A stretch of 64,000 nt of DNA, taken from contig NW_002060953.1 of NCBI RefSeq assembly GCF_000150275.1, positions 2,097,429-2,161,428 of the forward strand, written 5' to 3'. The notes below the pieces were generated by a model. That model saw only the letters and a program-made list of their open reading frames with translations, did not search any database and was not told where the DNA came from. A program made the translations under genes and the position numbers. This stretch comes from Trichoplax adhaerens. Taxonomy: Eukaryota; Animalia; Placozoa. Shown one piece after another: positions 47,561 to 62,300 of the stretch (the first letter of the stretch is position 1; the number at the start of each line of letters is the position of its first letter).

Positions 47561-49656
47561 CGAATTATACTATTTTTCTTTTCTGATGCCTTGCTAGGCA
47601 GTTCTAAATGCTCACCAAAATAAAATAGAAACATATGGAGTCTAAGATAGAACATGATCATAACAAGGCTTCCTGGTAGTATATCGTACATTTTAATTTA
47701 GATTTCAAAATAATCTATTCCATTGTTGATTTACCAAGATCCCTTTCTTAATTCTCATCGATAAACAGATACTAATGACTAAATATATCGCTAGAAGAAA
47801 GCTAGTTAATGACTATTGCAGAAAAGAGAGAAGAAATCAATTTTAGGCCGAGATGATAATGACTGTGCATTAACAAATTAATCAGCCTTTACCGTAGAAT
47901 AATTAAATAGATAATCAAAGCAATCATGAAATCATCACCATTAAGAAGCTTTTAAATACGAAATTACAACATGACTACTTTTAAAACGGTTATTAGCTAT
48001 CAGAAGTAATGAAGCTAAGATTATTGGTTAGCAGTAAATTCTAGTGACTAACCATTCTAAGTGATAAGTCTGTCGTCACTGATTAACACTACCTTAATGT
48101 TAATCACTTTCAAGGCAAAGAATTGCACCAGCAATAATTTGATTGGAATTAAAAAGATCCTGCCAAAACTGATTCAATTTTAAGCTTAAAACGTGAAAGA
48201 AACGATCCTAGACATCTCTTTCTCTTACCATATAAATCCAAAGGTGGATGATCTTGATTTTTCTATTTAATCAATTTATCCGGCAATACCCAGTACTCAC
48301 GAAGGCAGCCAATATGGTTTCGATGCAGGCCACTATTAACCCGCTTAAGAGAGCTTTTATTTCAACCATAACCGCATCAAGATGGTCATCATTTACCTCA
48401 TATGTGTTTACATTTTCCAACAACGGAATGATTTACTATTTTTTCCAATTGCTGGATGATGACTTACAAATGTCCCATCCCATAACCGTCTCCTGGAAAG
48501 CATTTTTGAGGGAAAAGATATCTTTTCAGAACTGTCATTAAATAAGTAACGTAATTGTATCACATAATATCATGTAAAATTTAGCAATCTGCTAATACTG
48601 CATGATAGTTAGAGATATAAAGCATTCTATGCTGCTCTATTTTTTACTGCTTGTGATCGAACGTATGCCTTTCTATTTAGAAAAATGCTTTTGCACATTT
48701 TATTAAAATTAGAATAGAATTAAATATTAGAGGAGTATCACGCTGATATAGAATACCTTTATTTTTAGTTGAAGTACTACATTTTATTCGCACCTTATTT
48801 CAACTCTCGTTTAAAATCTATAAGTGATGAATTACTTTTAATCTAGTCGGATAAGCTGATATTGATCAGTTTATCCAATGCCAATTTTTCATCAGATTGT
48901 CTACATTTCAATCATCATCTGACCATTTCTTTTGTTGAGATACTGAATAAAAATACGGAATGCTAAACTCTCGGACTGATTTTTTTGATTGCATTGGCTA
49001 GAAGGTTAAATAATGTTCTAATTATTAAAATGGAGCAATGGGATTTAAACTTCAATTAGAAGTTGAATGCCCTATATTAAGTTACCGATCCTTAGATTAA
49101 ATGTCAACAAAGGATAGTGGGTTAAAATAGGTCTACTTGTAAATCTGCTACAAAAACTAATGACTATTAATACCCTAAAGTTGGATATTTAAAAATACTG
49201 TCGATCATGTATAAGTAATGTCTTATGCTTTATTAAGCTTCATGTAGGCATAGTCATTCAATCGACTCATGCTATTTTTCTTTTCTGATAGCTCGCTCAG
49301 TAGTTCTAAATGGTCATTAGGGTGAAATGAAAGCATGAAATCTAGGATAGAATCTTAAACATCAAACTAAGCCATTGAGTGAGAGGTTCATTCACTTTGA
49401 TGTTATTCTGGCTAATATTACATTAATAATTGAAATGCAATATAAGTTCGAAACTATCTATTCACAGAAGATTCTTATAAACATCTCTAGAACCTAATAC
49501 TTTTATTACGTATAAAATTGATATGAAGATCCATTACAAATACAAAAATAAATAAAAAATAGATATTACCCAAGATAATGCCTCTTAGATCAAGATACAA
49601 TACTGACTACATCGAAAAGGAATCGAGATAGATCCATTAGTTCTAGTCCATCTGAC

Positions 49657-50616
49657 TTAGTAGTCAACAGGAGGTACTAAATCTTTAATATCGTCCATGT
49701 GTTTATAGAGATCCGCATGGGCGCTATCATAAACTGGTCCTAGAGCAGCTTTGACATTATCATGCCATGCTGCAACTCTTGGTCGATGCTTGCCTACGTA
49801 GATTCCAATAATATCAGGAGCAATAAACTCTCCTATTGCCATCAAGTCAGCAATGGATATTTCATCCCCAGCTATAAATTTGTTATCTTTCAAGAAATAA
49901 CTTTCAAATGTATCCAACACCCGCTCCATAGAAACAATGGAGGCTTTCTTTTCCTCTTCGCTAACCTTCTGGTTATAGAAATAGGGAGTATAAATCTAAA
50001 GATGTGAAGGGAAAATGACAGGTTAGTTTAACGTAGTTCAGAATTGCTTTACTTTCAAAATATATTTGCACATTTCGTAAACTCACATAATTCATGATAA
50101 CGAGTAAGCCAGCATTACATCTAGCATTCAAGTGATGCCAATGCAGATATTCATTAATCCGAGCTCGTTTCTTCATCTCACTAGGATACCAATGGTCTGG
50201 TGTTGAGAATGCTTCAGCCAGATATTGCAAGATGGCAACACTGGAGCCAGTGAAAAGAAGAAAAACTGTTATTGAATAGCGCGCCTTCGCTATCGATCAA
50301 GCAGAAAACATTTTGGCTGCACTATGGACACACTCAGGTATTAAAATGATTCCCTTTTGTGTGAAATACTGTGCAGTCTTATAACTTAGAAGGTTAGATG
50401 AACGCAAAGGTATCAGCGCCATTAGGATCTACATGTAATATTTTATCCAATTATTTTACAAGCCTAAGCAGCTTATCCTCAGCAAGTTCTTGCTTGCTTA
50501 CAATAATACTGTAGCCAATTTACATTACCTCTCAAACAGCTTTAATTCTCCATGGGTAATAGCAGGTACAGTCTGAGTTGCAATGATCTTTTTGTACTCC
50601 TCTGTTCGGTTAGCAT
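49657..50616 (-). CDS. GSTT: Glutathione S-transferase theta class, copy 1 (exon 1 not located)
   Basis: Exons 50616-50529 (88 nt, ..TVPAITHGE.KLFES), 50240-50087 (VAILQYLA..PDHWYP..KRARINEYLHWHH) and 49995-49657 (YFLKDNKFIAGDEISIADL), all GT-AG. These are typical theta-class motifs. Confidence 0.92.
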
Positions 50617-53600
50617 CTAAAATCGATTACATTGCCGAAATTATGCTTGATGAACATTGGATCACTATTTGCAAAGTAGTCAGCAGGTATTCTCTATTTC
50701 TTACAATGTTATTTAAGATATAAAAGTTACAGATCTGATGCCACTACAGTACATTAAAATAATCGTTGTAATTAATATGTTGAATAAAATACTATATGCG
50801 GCGTTTAGTAAGATAGATAGTCATCTTCTAGATGAAAGTATACCGCAAGCTTAACAGATGAAACATTAAACACGGTCTAACTCTTTCCAACCATTACAAC
50901 AAAAAAACAACTACTACTATTTTACCACAGCGTTAATAAAGAAATGATGCTCAATTAATATCACAGCATAAGCCTAATGTCTTCAGTTGTATCCATATTA
51001 CCTAATTCCGGTTAGTTTGTTATAGTAGAACGAAAAAGTTACATAAAGAAAAAGATCTAAATTACTTAAATTTGATAAAATTCAATAAAGGGCTCCATTT
51101 CAGAATCGTTGGAACGCCTTTATTGGACTTTAGCATCCGAATGACTTTTAGTTTATAGAAATGATACCAAGACAACAAGACTCGTAATATTAACCCTATC
51201 ATCAATAATCTGCTTGATTCCACAAAAGGCATAGGTTTAGCTGATATTAGTCAACATGTTTTTATGGTAATAGCACGATTTAGCTGCTAACGTTTTCAAT
51301 GTTAGCGATTTATTGACATGGAAAGTAGAAATTCAACATCCATTTAAGCTGTAGACTTAGTATATTGGGAGGCATTGCACGATTTGCTTGACGTCTTGTA
51401 GCAATATTTGAGCATTAATTTGAATTTATCGACCGAAACTCCGCAAGAACAAATCTATACGACTACGAGAAAGTATTTTGAGAATCGGAATTGTCAGCAT
51501 CTATGGTCTACTAGCTGCAATAAAGTCACAAGCCGAAGCAAGCACAGTCATGATTAGTATCAAGCCGTTTTAGCAATAACTCGTGTGCTTTTCAGCAATC
51601 CGTTAAACGCAATAGTGTCTAAATTACCATAAGTATAAATAGATTGCTGCTACCAACAATAAACGTAAAATTAGAGAATCATTAATAATGCATAAATTAT
51701 GATCGAGATGAATGAGTAACTCCAAGCTTTAGATATGTCTCTGTATGGATATATTCCGGCCATTTCATCTTAACTGTATACTTAATCTATTTCTACAAAT
51801 GATCGTAAACTATCTCTATGTACCAAATTCAAGAGTATTTCTTTAAATTATAGCAGTACTGGAATGTACTGTTCTGCATATGGTCTAGTTTATCGATCTG
51901 AAGCATGCAATAAATTGGGCAAATCGTTTAATTAGTTAGTAGGAGAATCATTCTTACTAACAACAGCTACCCAGTTAACTTAAATTAGAGGATCGTTACG
52001 GTAGGATAACACTTTGACAGGACTACCGTCGAAATTAATACTACTACGTTTATACTTGCTAACAAATTTCCCAAATGAATTAAAGGAAAGTAACGTATTA
52101 CTCCATATAAGCATTATACGCTTAAGGGTATATTATTTAGTACCGTATCTTGTTTAAGGTAAAAGAGTAATCAATTTGATTGAAACAGAAGCTAAAGCAA
52201 TATAATGTCATTGGGAAAGCATACCGTTTAATAAGTCGACATATTTTGGCTCATAAGGAATGTTATTGGCGTCTAGAAAAATCTGCACAGATCTACAAGG
52301 TTCTGACAATGGATCGAAATAAAATTCAAGCTTGGCCATGGAGAATAAAGTTTCTAGTCAATAAAAATGATCAAGAATGAATGGTGATAGTGTAAATCAT
52401 GTTATGGTAGGAACTAAATGATGTAGCAATTTCAGCACGGTAAAACCTAGAGTGCTTCAAAAAACATCACTTGTTCCCTTATAGTACTTAAATCGTAAGA
52501 AAAATTAACCGTTAAGAAATACTCATTCATTGCCTATAAGTATGCAAAGAAAAAAGCCATGTTGTCGCTACAGCTTCGGACAGCATGATCGATTTAGCGA
52601 CCATAGAAGCGTCCTACACTGCAAATTCGTTTCTGTGAAACTCTTCGCAACGAATAGACATACTGTATTCTCCAAGTGTTAATCGAATAGTATGAACGTA
52701 TTAAAAGTAAGAAATGCTGCGTTATGATTACAGTAATGACTAGAACTAAGTTCTATCTTCAATTTGATAGGAAAAGTTTTATGCAGTACTGCAAGTTACT
52801 ACCAACTAAACACTGTTATTACGTCTATTGAGCAGCATAAAGCTAGCCCTACAAGGCTACAGGAGTTGATTAATTATACTTACCTTTACAGTTCTTGCAA
52901 GTCGAAATCGTTTGAATCCAAAGCAAAGCTGGTTTACGAAAGATTGGAATCTACTATAAGCCAACAGCCTTATTAAGAAGAAGAATAAGGCTATAGGCTG
53001 CAGGTGGTTATTTCTATAGCATTCAACGTTGACCTTTACGATGGGTGCGTCCATGTCGGCATCAAAGTATCCGAGCGTCTGTAGTTTCTTTTGTGCTTGT
53101 TGTTTTTCCTCCATGACCTTTTCCAGATATTGACTCGTATTTTAAGGTAAAGGAGAACATTCTCAGCCTTTGCTCTTCTGTACTAGTATGCTGTTGTAGT
53201 AAAGCTAATAAAGACTCTAAACCCTGACAAATAAGAGCTATCAAAACCAATATTCTCGTAGCTCGCTTTTCCATGTTGATGCAATATAAAAGGTAATAGA
53301 GGATGTTTAAAAAATAACAGTCCACGCCAATGTTATCACGGTACAGTAGGATACGAAAGATTATCATAAAATTAAACGTTCATACAAAAGTCGATGAATT
53401 CGCTACTTGTATTTACATTTTGATGCTGCAAAATGAATATAGACAGCTTATAAAGTAAGAATTTACGCCAATGTTACTAATATAACTTTTTGCTATTATC
53501 ATAGGTGGTAAACACCTAATGGCTATAGCCGAGAGGATCAATGATGTACGATATCCATCACTGATACGTTTTATGTCAGATCGATTTGACGAATATCGCT

Positions 53601-54402
53601 ACCTTAGATTGCTTAATGGCCGTAACATTCCTATTTGAATGGGAAGTACTATATCAGGTCTTCATCTTAAGACAATTTCTAATCTATTGAGTTTCTATCG
53701 AGATGTAGTTATCACTTCAATGATATATCCATTACTGAAACGTATGATGCCGGATGCATTTGTTGAATAACACTCCCTTGATGTATCTCAATGGCCGTAG
53801 CAACCATACTCCATTCAGAGGTACTACAGTAGTTCATAGTTCTTCATCCAAAAGCAATGTCTGATGCATGCAGCTTAATTTACGGCCAGTTATACCATCG
53901 ATAGATTGACTGTACGTCGGTAGAATTCAGTCTATAGAATGGCAGTGCCATTTATCTTCTCCATTTTAAAGATTGTCTTGATATTACAACTACCTTTAAC
54001 AGATTAAATTGGAAGTATGACATTGACTATCTTGACCTAAACATTAGGCAACAATATCGAATGGATGCACCATTATTCATCTACTTTGCAGTTATTTCCA
54101 GTTAGATGTCAGTTTAATCCATAGCAATACAATAGATGTAGGACTTAGCATATCAGAAAAGGTCCTTACCGACGTTTACAAGGTTTCCTCATTTCTAATT
54201 ATCATAATTGCATAATTAATTGATTCATTTTATAATTAATTGTCATGATATATTATCTAGTCCTATATTTCTAGAATCTATAAAATCACTTCGAGATCAA
54301 TGGTAAGCACTGGAATAACTTTCAAAATGATCATACTAAGGGCAAAGTGTCACAGTAACTACGTACAAAGAATAAAGTGAAGTTCATTACAGTCCTTTCC
54401 AA

Positions 54403-55337
54403 TTAGTAATCGATTGGAGGCACTAGACCCTTGATATCATCCATGTGTTTATACATAGCTGCATGCACACTATCATAAACTGCTCCTAGAGCAGCTTTAA
54501 TATTTTGATGCCATGCTTGCACTCTTGGTCGACCCTTGCCAACATACACTCCAATTATATCCGGAGCAATGAGCTCTCCTACCGCCATCAGGTCAGCAAT
54601 GGAAATTTCATCCCCTGCTATAAATCTGTTGTCTTTCAAGAAATAGTTTTCAAATGTGTCCAACGTTTGCTTTAGAGCAATAATCGAGCCTTTCTTATCC
54701 TCTTCGCTAACCTCTTGCTTATAGAAATGGGGTAAATAAATCTAAAGGACATACAAGTAAGAATGATAGTTTAGCATGGCACAGTGTGACCACGTAGGAA
54801 TTATTTCCTAATCAAACTCACGTATTTCATAACTACCAGCAAGCCTCCCTTCCATCTCGAGTTTAAGTGATGCCAGTGCAGATATTCATTAATCCGAGCT
54901 CGTTTCTTTGCTTCGCTAGGATACCAATGGTCTGGTGTTGAGAATGCACCAGCTAGATATTGCAAGATGGCAACACTAATCACCGTAAAAGGAAAAGAAC
55001 AGCCATTTAATAATCTACCTGGAATATTAATCGAGCTATCATGCATGGCACAATAAGCACAATCGAGGGATTGTGATTAGATCTAGTAAATAAAAATACT
55101 CTACTGATCGAAGGTAGAAAGCACATGAAAAACGTCAGCGTAGTTTAGGTCTAATATCGAAGTATTTGCATATATACAAGTACTGTATATTAGCAGCAAG
55201 ACTCCTATTAATAATAAATATATATATAACGGAAGAAAGAAATTATTACCTCTCGAACAGTTTAAATTCTCCGTGTACAATAGCAGGCACAGTCTGAGTT
55301 GGACTAATTTTCCTGTATTCCTCCGTTCGAGTAGCAG
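54403..55337 (-). CDS. GSTT: Glutathione S-transferase theta class, copy 2 (exon 1 not located)
   Basis: Exons 55337-55250, 54975-54822 and 54741-54403 have the same sizes (88/154/339 nt) and motifs as copy 1. Confidence 0.92.
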
Positions 55338-58300
55338 CTGAAAGAAATCAGAAAGCGGATATAAAATTTGATGATCATTGAGTTAATGCATGGATAGTAA
55401 TCAGCAGGCGTAATGTCCATATCATCGCTATCAAAGAGCAAAAGCTAGGGCTCTGAAGTAATATCTTATCTGGGTAATGACATTGAATATTTCACAAGCT
55501 TAAATATTTTAGAAGGTAGAAAGGGAATGCGTATCGTTGCCTAAATTCGATTAAGGGATCGAGATGGATTCTAATCAATTATACTGTGCTAAGGCAATCA
55601 GATTCCTCAAATTTTGTTCCATCTGTCCTATTGTATCCAGTTCTACAAAGTCATAACTTTATGTCATTTTAGAAAGCATGTTTGTACACTGTTAGCATAA
55701 ATTATCATAAGCGTTAAAAATAGTTCTTAATAGAAGGAGTTTGTTATTTTGAACGTGAAAATTGAAAGACTGTCCACGTCAAATCGCGTAGGTAGATTTT
55801 ACAGCTTCTCGGATACATTAAAATAAAGAGATTCTCTTGTATCTTGTTGAACATAGAATGGTGGTTTATTCGAGTTTGAACAAAGCATATTTTAAAGCAA
55901 ATAAATGCTATCTTGGAGAGCTACCTGTTATTAAGTCTGTATGTTTTGTCTCATATGGAATCTTGTTAGCTTCCAAAAATAACTGCACAGATCTGCAAGG
56001 TTCCGATAGCGGATCGAAATAAAAATTAAGCTTAGCCATGGAGAATTAAGTCACTAGTAAATAAAAATTTTCAAGGATTAATGCTGACAAATAGATTGTC
56101 GTTCTTGGTAATAACTTGTTTTATCCTATGAAGCAATTCAATTTTTCCAAAGATAAACGTTAAAGGGCATATTGAGCCATTTTCAGCTTACGATATTTCG
56201 ATACTAGGAAAGTTTGGGACAACTTTGATCTATGCAATATGGGCGATTCGCACGCAAAATAAATCATGTTATCGCCATTCATTCGAGCAGCAATATCAAT
56301 TTACCGTGTGTAAAGGTATCTTGCGGTACAAATTTATTCGCTAAAACTTATTATTTTATTTCCGAGAATATAGCGGTGTCAATTGTTGAGTATGTAATAT
56401 TCATCTATCTGAAATAAAGAAAGGTTGTCTTAATGTTAGGTCAATAAACTGTTGTCTGCAACCAAATAATCACTGTATTCAAACAGAAGAAGATCCTGTA
56501 CATGAATCAGCTTTCAATCGCGATTCATGGAAATGTTAAACAGGAATAAATTGAAATCTGCAAGGCGATGGATCTACATTACCTTCGATGTGTTTCCTAA
56601 CCAACAGTGTTCTTCAACTCGAAAGAAAATAAGACGTTGAAAAACATAAAGTCAATTTAGCAGTGACTACGGCTTATATTATAAAACCAATTCTATAGCT
56701 CATGCATATATTAATTAACACAATAAGAAAAAAAGTCGCTGGCTCTATAGTATTCTACTTTTGCCATTTTAATTAATTAATTAATGGGTGCGTCCGTATC
56801 TGTATCTAAACATCCGAGCGTCTGTAGTTTCTTTTGTGTCTCTATCTTCATAATCATCTCTCTTTTACAGATGTATCTTATGCTAAAGTAAATTAAATTA
56901 AAATGACCGAACCAATGTTTTTCCCTAGAAGCTCTCTCGTAAAATCTAATTCAAGGTTCATGCAATAACCGTTGCTCACTTGGAGCTGGACAATGCTCTA
57001 ATGCGCGCTCCATGCCAATGGAGATAAGGTTACTCGTCTAGATTAATGATCATATCATTTAATGAGAACCGCCCTCTTTTACCTTGATGACGAGTTAAAG
57101 TTGACATAAATTCGTCTATTTCTAAGTTAATATGATGTAGCCTTTAAAGCGTGTATCGTGTTTGTAGGTTAGATGGATCGATTATTCAAGAACATAATCG
57201 CTCTAGTTAAGAAGCTATTTTGAAATCTTTTAGTCATTAGTCCCTTTAAGTCACTGTATTTGCTCAGGGATAGATTCAGGTAGTCCTTGGTAAAAGAATT
57301 AATGAATGCATGTCATTATGCAAAGTTTACAAATAATGAAGCTTCTTTTCATCCTACTTTGCAGATATTCTATCGCAGTGAATAATGCCTAGTGGTTCAA
57401 TCTTATACACTACGTATATCGTGAGGAAAACTAGATATAGCGGTTACTGTATTCTTTATCCGCGTTTACTGTTCCAATGATATATAAATTCAACGCGATT
57501 GATATTAATTCCAGTTGCATCGAATACCCCTTCTAGTCAATATCCTTAGCAAGATTTCCATATCTTAAAGTTCATTTAAAATGAGCATTCATGTTATTTA
57601 CAAGTTTTATTGCATACAGTAATAAAGCTGCTTATTCACCAGTCGTACATAAAGATAACTATATTGATAACAACAGGAGAGGATTAGATAATTGCTCAGC
57701 TATCTAGCTCGTTGCTTATTCTTTAAGTAGATATAGCATTCTACTTCTTTATCATTCCAATTCAAAACCAAGGAACAAAGGGGTATCATTAATCCTATGA
57801 CAACAAGAAATTGACTCCTTTTACATCAATGATAGTAATACTATATGAGAAATTCTTGATATAGATCATGGCTTAGCTAGATATGATCCCAGATAATAAT
57901 GTGGAATACTAGCAAAAGAACGGTAAACTCTAAAACATAGCAATCGTAGAACCCTTAGCATGAATGGATGAACCTGATTCTAGCATATTAAAATCTCCCT
58001 CAATAGTATCGGGTTTCCTATCACATATTGAGAGAAAATAACGACAGATAGACAGACAAAAAATAACGTGCGAATGAATCAGCTAGAATCAGCAATAATA
58101 CTAAAGCTCCAAGATATCATTAAAATTATTTTTTGATAAAATTCTGGCACTATTACTCTCAAAAGACTCGATTCAATGCGAGATCCTAAAGTTATTCTAG
58201 CACTAGGTGTGTTTGCTAGTTAGCTTGTGATTATTCGCTTATGCACAGCAATACCCGCTTGCAATTTATGTGAAACAGCTCATGCCCATCGAATAATGTG

Positions 58301-59309
58301 CATTCATTTTAATATTCCAATAATGGTATACTTTTATATCGTAAAATCACTACAATAAGATCCATTTTCCGTACACTTATATTGATCTTGCCCAAGACAT
58401 ATAATAAACAAGCATTCTGTTATCTCAGTCTTTACACAAAATCCAATACGTACGAATTCGAATAAAGACACCGTCAACGATGGCGGACTGGATATGGTCA
58501 ATATTGACCCGTTTTAATCATCATCATCAGGTATGCTAGTATTCATGAAGTTATGAATCGAATCAGACAGTTTGGAAATGGACAGCGAATAGGAAGGGTA
58601 AACTGCTGAGGGACTTACGCTATAATATCCAGCATGATTAATAGCCTAGGATTGGTTGGAAGAACACGTTACAGTTTTTATTGGGTTTTATCATGATAAT
58701 TAAATCAATAAATGAACCATTTATAATAGAATGGATGGCATATGTTTATCATTGATGACTAACAATATTCTCATTGATATGGCAATGATGGAGGGCTTGT
58801 CCAATGCATGATCGATGCGAATTTGAACAGGATTGGATAAAATTTTCATCGAGATACCTAATGATTGATGGAAGCACTAACCGCCAGAATACTTGCTATT
58901 GTGATACATAATAGCCCTAAAGTGCATCTAGCGCCTTTTCCTCCAGTGAAATTATTGTTTTCCACAATTCTGATTGCATGAAAAGGTTTATACGATAGAT
59001 AGCTTAGTATAACTTATCTCATTCTGACAACATAATTTAAAATATTATTTTATGTGCTCGTATTCCAATTTAGGACCATCATTTAACAAAGTTCAGCGAT
59101 AGCTCAAGGTTCGATTGTGATGGCTATAGCTTTATTTTTTTAATTTGCATGATTGAGAATAGGATAGAAGATCGCTATTAGTGATAGATTGATAATTAAC
59201 AATTTTAAAATTGTTAAAGATGCTTATTGTTTTCTTGTGTCACGCTTACAGATCTTGCTAAGAAAAATCGAAATATTTTAACGTTATAAACCGCCAAAGT
59301 TATAAAGAA

Positions 59310-62300
59310 ATGGCAGAAAAATCTAATAGCACAGCTACAAACCGAAGACTAGTTCTGATGGGCTATGGTAGTCTAGAGAGATTGCAGATCGAAAATAGGC
59401 CATTAAAAGAGCCACGACAAGGAGAAATCAGAATTAAAGTCGAAAATAGGTTCGTAGTAAGCACCTTTAAACTATATGCAATAATCCTAGAGATTATTTG
59501 ACTTAAATTGGTGATACAGAATTACCCTCCAGCTTGCGAATTATCTCTAAGCTAAATGGCTAAATGCGTAAACAACATCAGGTCTATACCAATGAGTACA
59601 GTTATGATCCCATTGCCTTCTTTTACGGATATTTTCTCGTAAAAACAACGATAAAAGCAATAGTGTAATTCCTTTGGCTAAAAGAATTCAATACTATGTA
59701 AAATAAATTGGTGGTATCGTAATACCCTCACTAGTTTATCACCTACAATATCCGCAATATTTCTCAATTTCATTAAACCACAATCTCCTCTGCAAATATC
59801 CACGATGTCATTTTCGGAAAGCAACTAACACATTCAATGATATTTACACTGAAAAAGTAAGAAATTACAGTTTCATTCCAAGTTGAATTTAATCTAGATT
59901 TTATTGCATCGATCTTTCCTTTGAACAAGTACATTATTTTTCTACTCGAATTGGAGGAAACAAGGTTTTTTTGCGAGAAACATAATGATTCAATTCTTAT
60001 ATAACTTACGATGGAAATAAAGCCATAGCAGCCATAGTAGGTTTCCATTTAGGTAGTAAATCGTAATAAAATAAATGCAATAGCTTGGAATTTAACAAAA
60101 AATAAACTATAAGAAACGACACAAGAATTATAAAATTCTGCACGATCAACTTTTCTCCAATAAACAAGCATCGTTAGTACAATAAGAAGGCAGGCATATT
60201 ATAAATAATCTACGTCTATCTGCTAAAAGGTTTTAGTAATTACATCATTTTTAAATCATAAAAATTGATACCAGAATTCTACACTACAAATTTTTTCCAA
60301 AATAAAATACCGCCAATACAATTAGAATTTTATAAGCAATCTGCATATACTTGGTAAAAGACTGTAGTAATGCATTATTTTTAATAAACCATAAGAAATG
60401 ATACGAGGATCATAGTATTTTACGTTATAAACTTTTTTCAATAAAAAATGCCGCAAGTGTTATAGGAATGCAAGTATTTCATAATCAATCTACAAGTATT
60501 TGGCTAAAAGAATTCATATCAATGACATGATCAAATAATAGACCCCTTGCCCAAGTCTGCTCTTATTGGTAAAGATACAGCATTAAATCATTTCTAAAGT
60601 AGTTTATACGTTTCGTTCCTCGTTTCAGAAAATAACATTTTGGATGAAATTTAATAATATACGTAGAGGCACCATCTATAAAGTATACGAAATTTTAGAT
60701 ATGAAATGAAACAGAAATTCACCATACGAAATTAAGAACAACCATTGGATTAGTATAAGTTAGGCAAGCTGACTCTGCAATTTAATGTACAGTAAAGACT
60801 AAATCGACGTTACTTTCCAAGTTTGTATAAATTAGCAATTGAAAGTACACTATACCTTCAATTAAAATATCTAGACTTTACTGACATGTTCGACGGAAAA
60901 AACTTGCCATGCATTTTTGAAGATCAAGGCAATTGTCTTGATTTGAAATAGCAATATCGTGATCTGATTTTTTACAAATTATCCGTTAGGAGTTCTAGGT
61001 CTGTTCCATCTATTCCTTTCATCACGATTAAAGGAATGCCACAAACTATTGCAAATTACTTCGGACTAAATCCTTAGACTGTCAGATTTCCATTAAATTA
61101 ATCCAATATTGACTGGTGTCTATACTTTTTAGTGCAGTTTACCAATTTATTTCGAATAACAGATCCCAACAATCCTATTTGGACTTGATTTAAATTAATC
61201 AAATCGCTATTTGCGCTACTCAATCACTAAGTTGTCAATACAATTATTTTTAAATTCTACCGTAATCAGTCCCAATAGCAGATAAAGACGCTTATTAATT
61301 ATTTTAGAATTCATATAAAGTGTTCAATCAATTGAAAGAAAATTGTTCACTATTACAGATTATTTGCATCTATGTAACAGCCTTCTCTAATAAACTAAGC
61401 ACAATCCTATGACTAAGATATATCAATCGCAAGAGTAAGATAAAAATGGATTGTAAAGGATGCTTTTACTTTCTCTTTTTGTGGCAGCACTTCAAATGCC
61501 ACGTCAGAATTTTTCAGTTTGTTCTTTTATAACCGTGCTAAGCAATGCATTACGCCTCTTTTCTATTTATATTATTCATCCTAGCTAATTTTTCGTAGTT
61601 TAGAAGACAAATTGCTCGTATTCTATGCACTTAGCAAACGTTACTCATGCAATCACGCACAAGTGCTTGCTCGAATATAAAATGTTTGCAAAATTTGATC
61701 TTAATCATGACATTTTTCTCATCGACGGATGAGCACCAAATCGTCCAAAGAAACAGTCAATTGGAAAATTTTGAGATATGCAAATGTTTAGCCTATTTCC
61801 TTCTCCAGCTCTTATGTCTCTTCAGCATCAACAATAGCAGACAGACTTTGTAGAATGATGTCATTCTATTTTAGAAGCACTCATCAGTAAATCTCATACT
61901 TGCTTACCTATTACTATGAGTCATAAAATTGCAATGAGGATTCGTTTAGAGGTATCAATCACGTGCTATTTAATGACGTTTACATCAGCTGGATATCATG
62001 AATTGTGAACTTTTCAACTATTGCTGTTGTAGACTTAGACAAACATCGGCTGGATATCATTAATTATGAATTTTCTAGATATAACTGTGTCTTAAATAGA
62101 CAAGCATTAGCTGGATATTATGAAACGTCAATCTTCCAATGATTACTAAAGTCTGACATAGTCAAACATCAGCTGGAAATCATTAATATCGAATCTTCCA
62201 GCTATTACTGTTGTCTTATATAGTCAAGCATTAGCTGAATATCATGAATCGTCAACCTTTCAACGATTACTGTTGTCCGATATAGTCAATCATCACTAGG

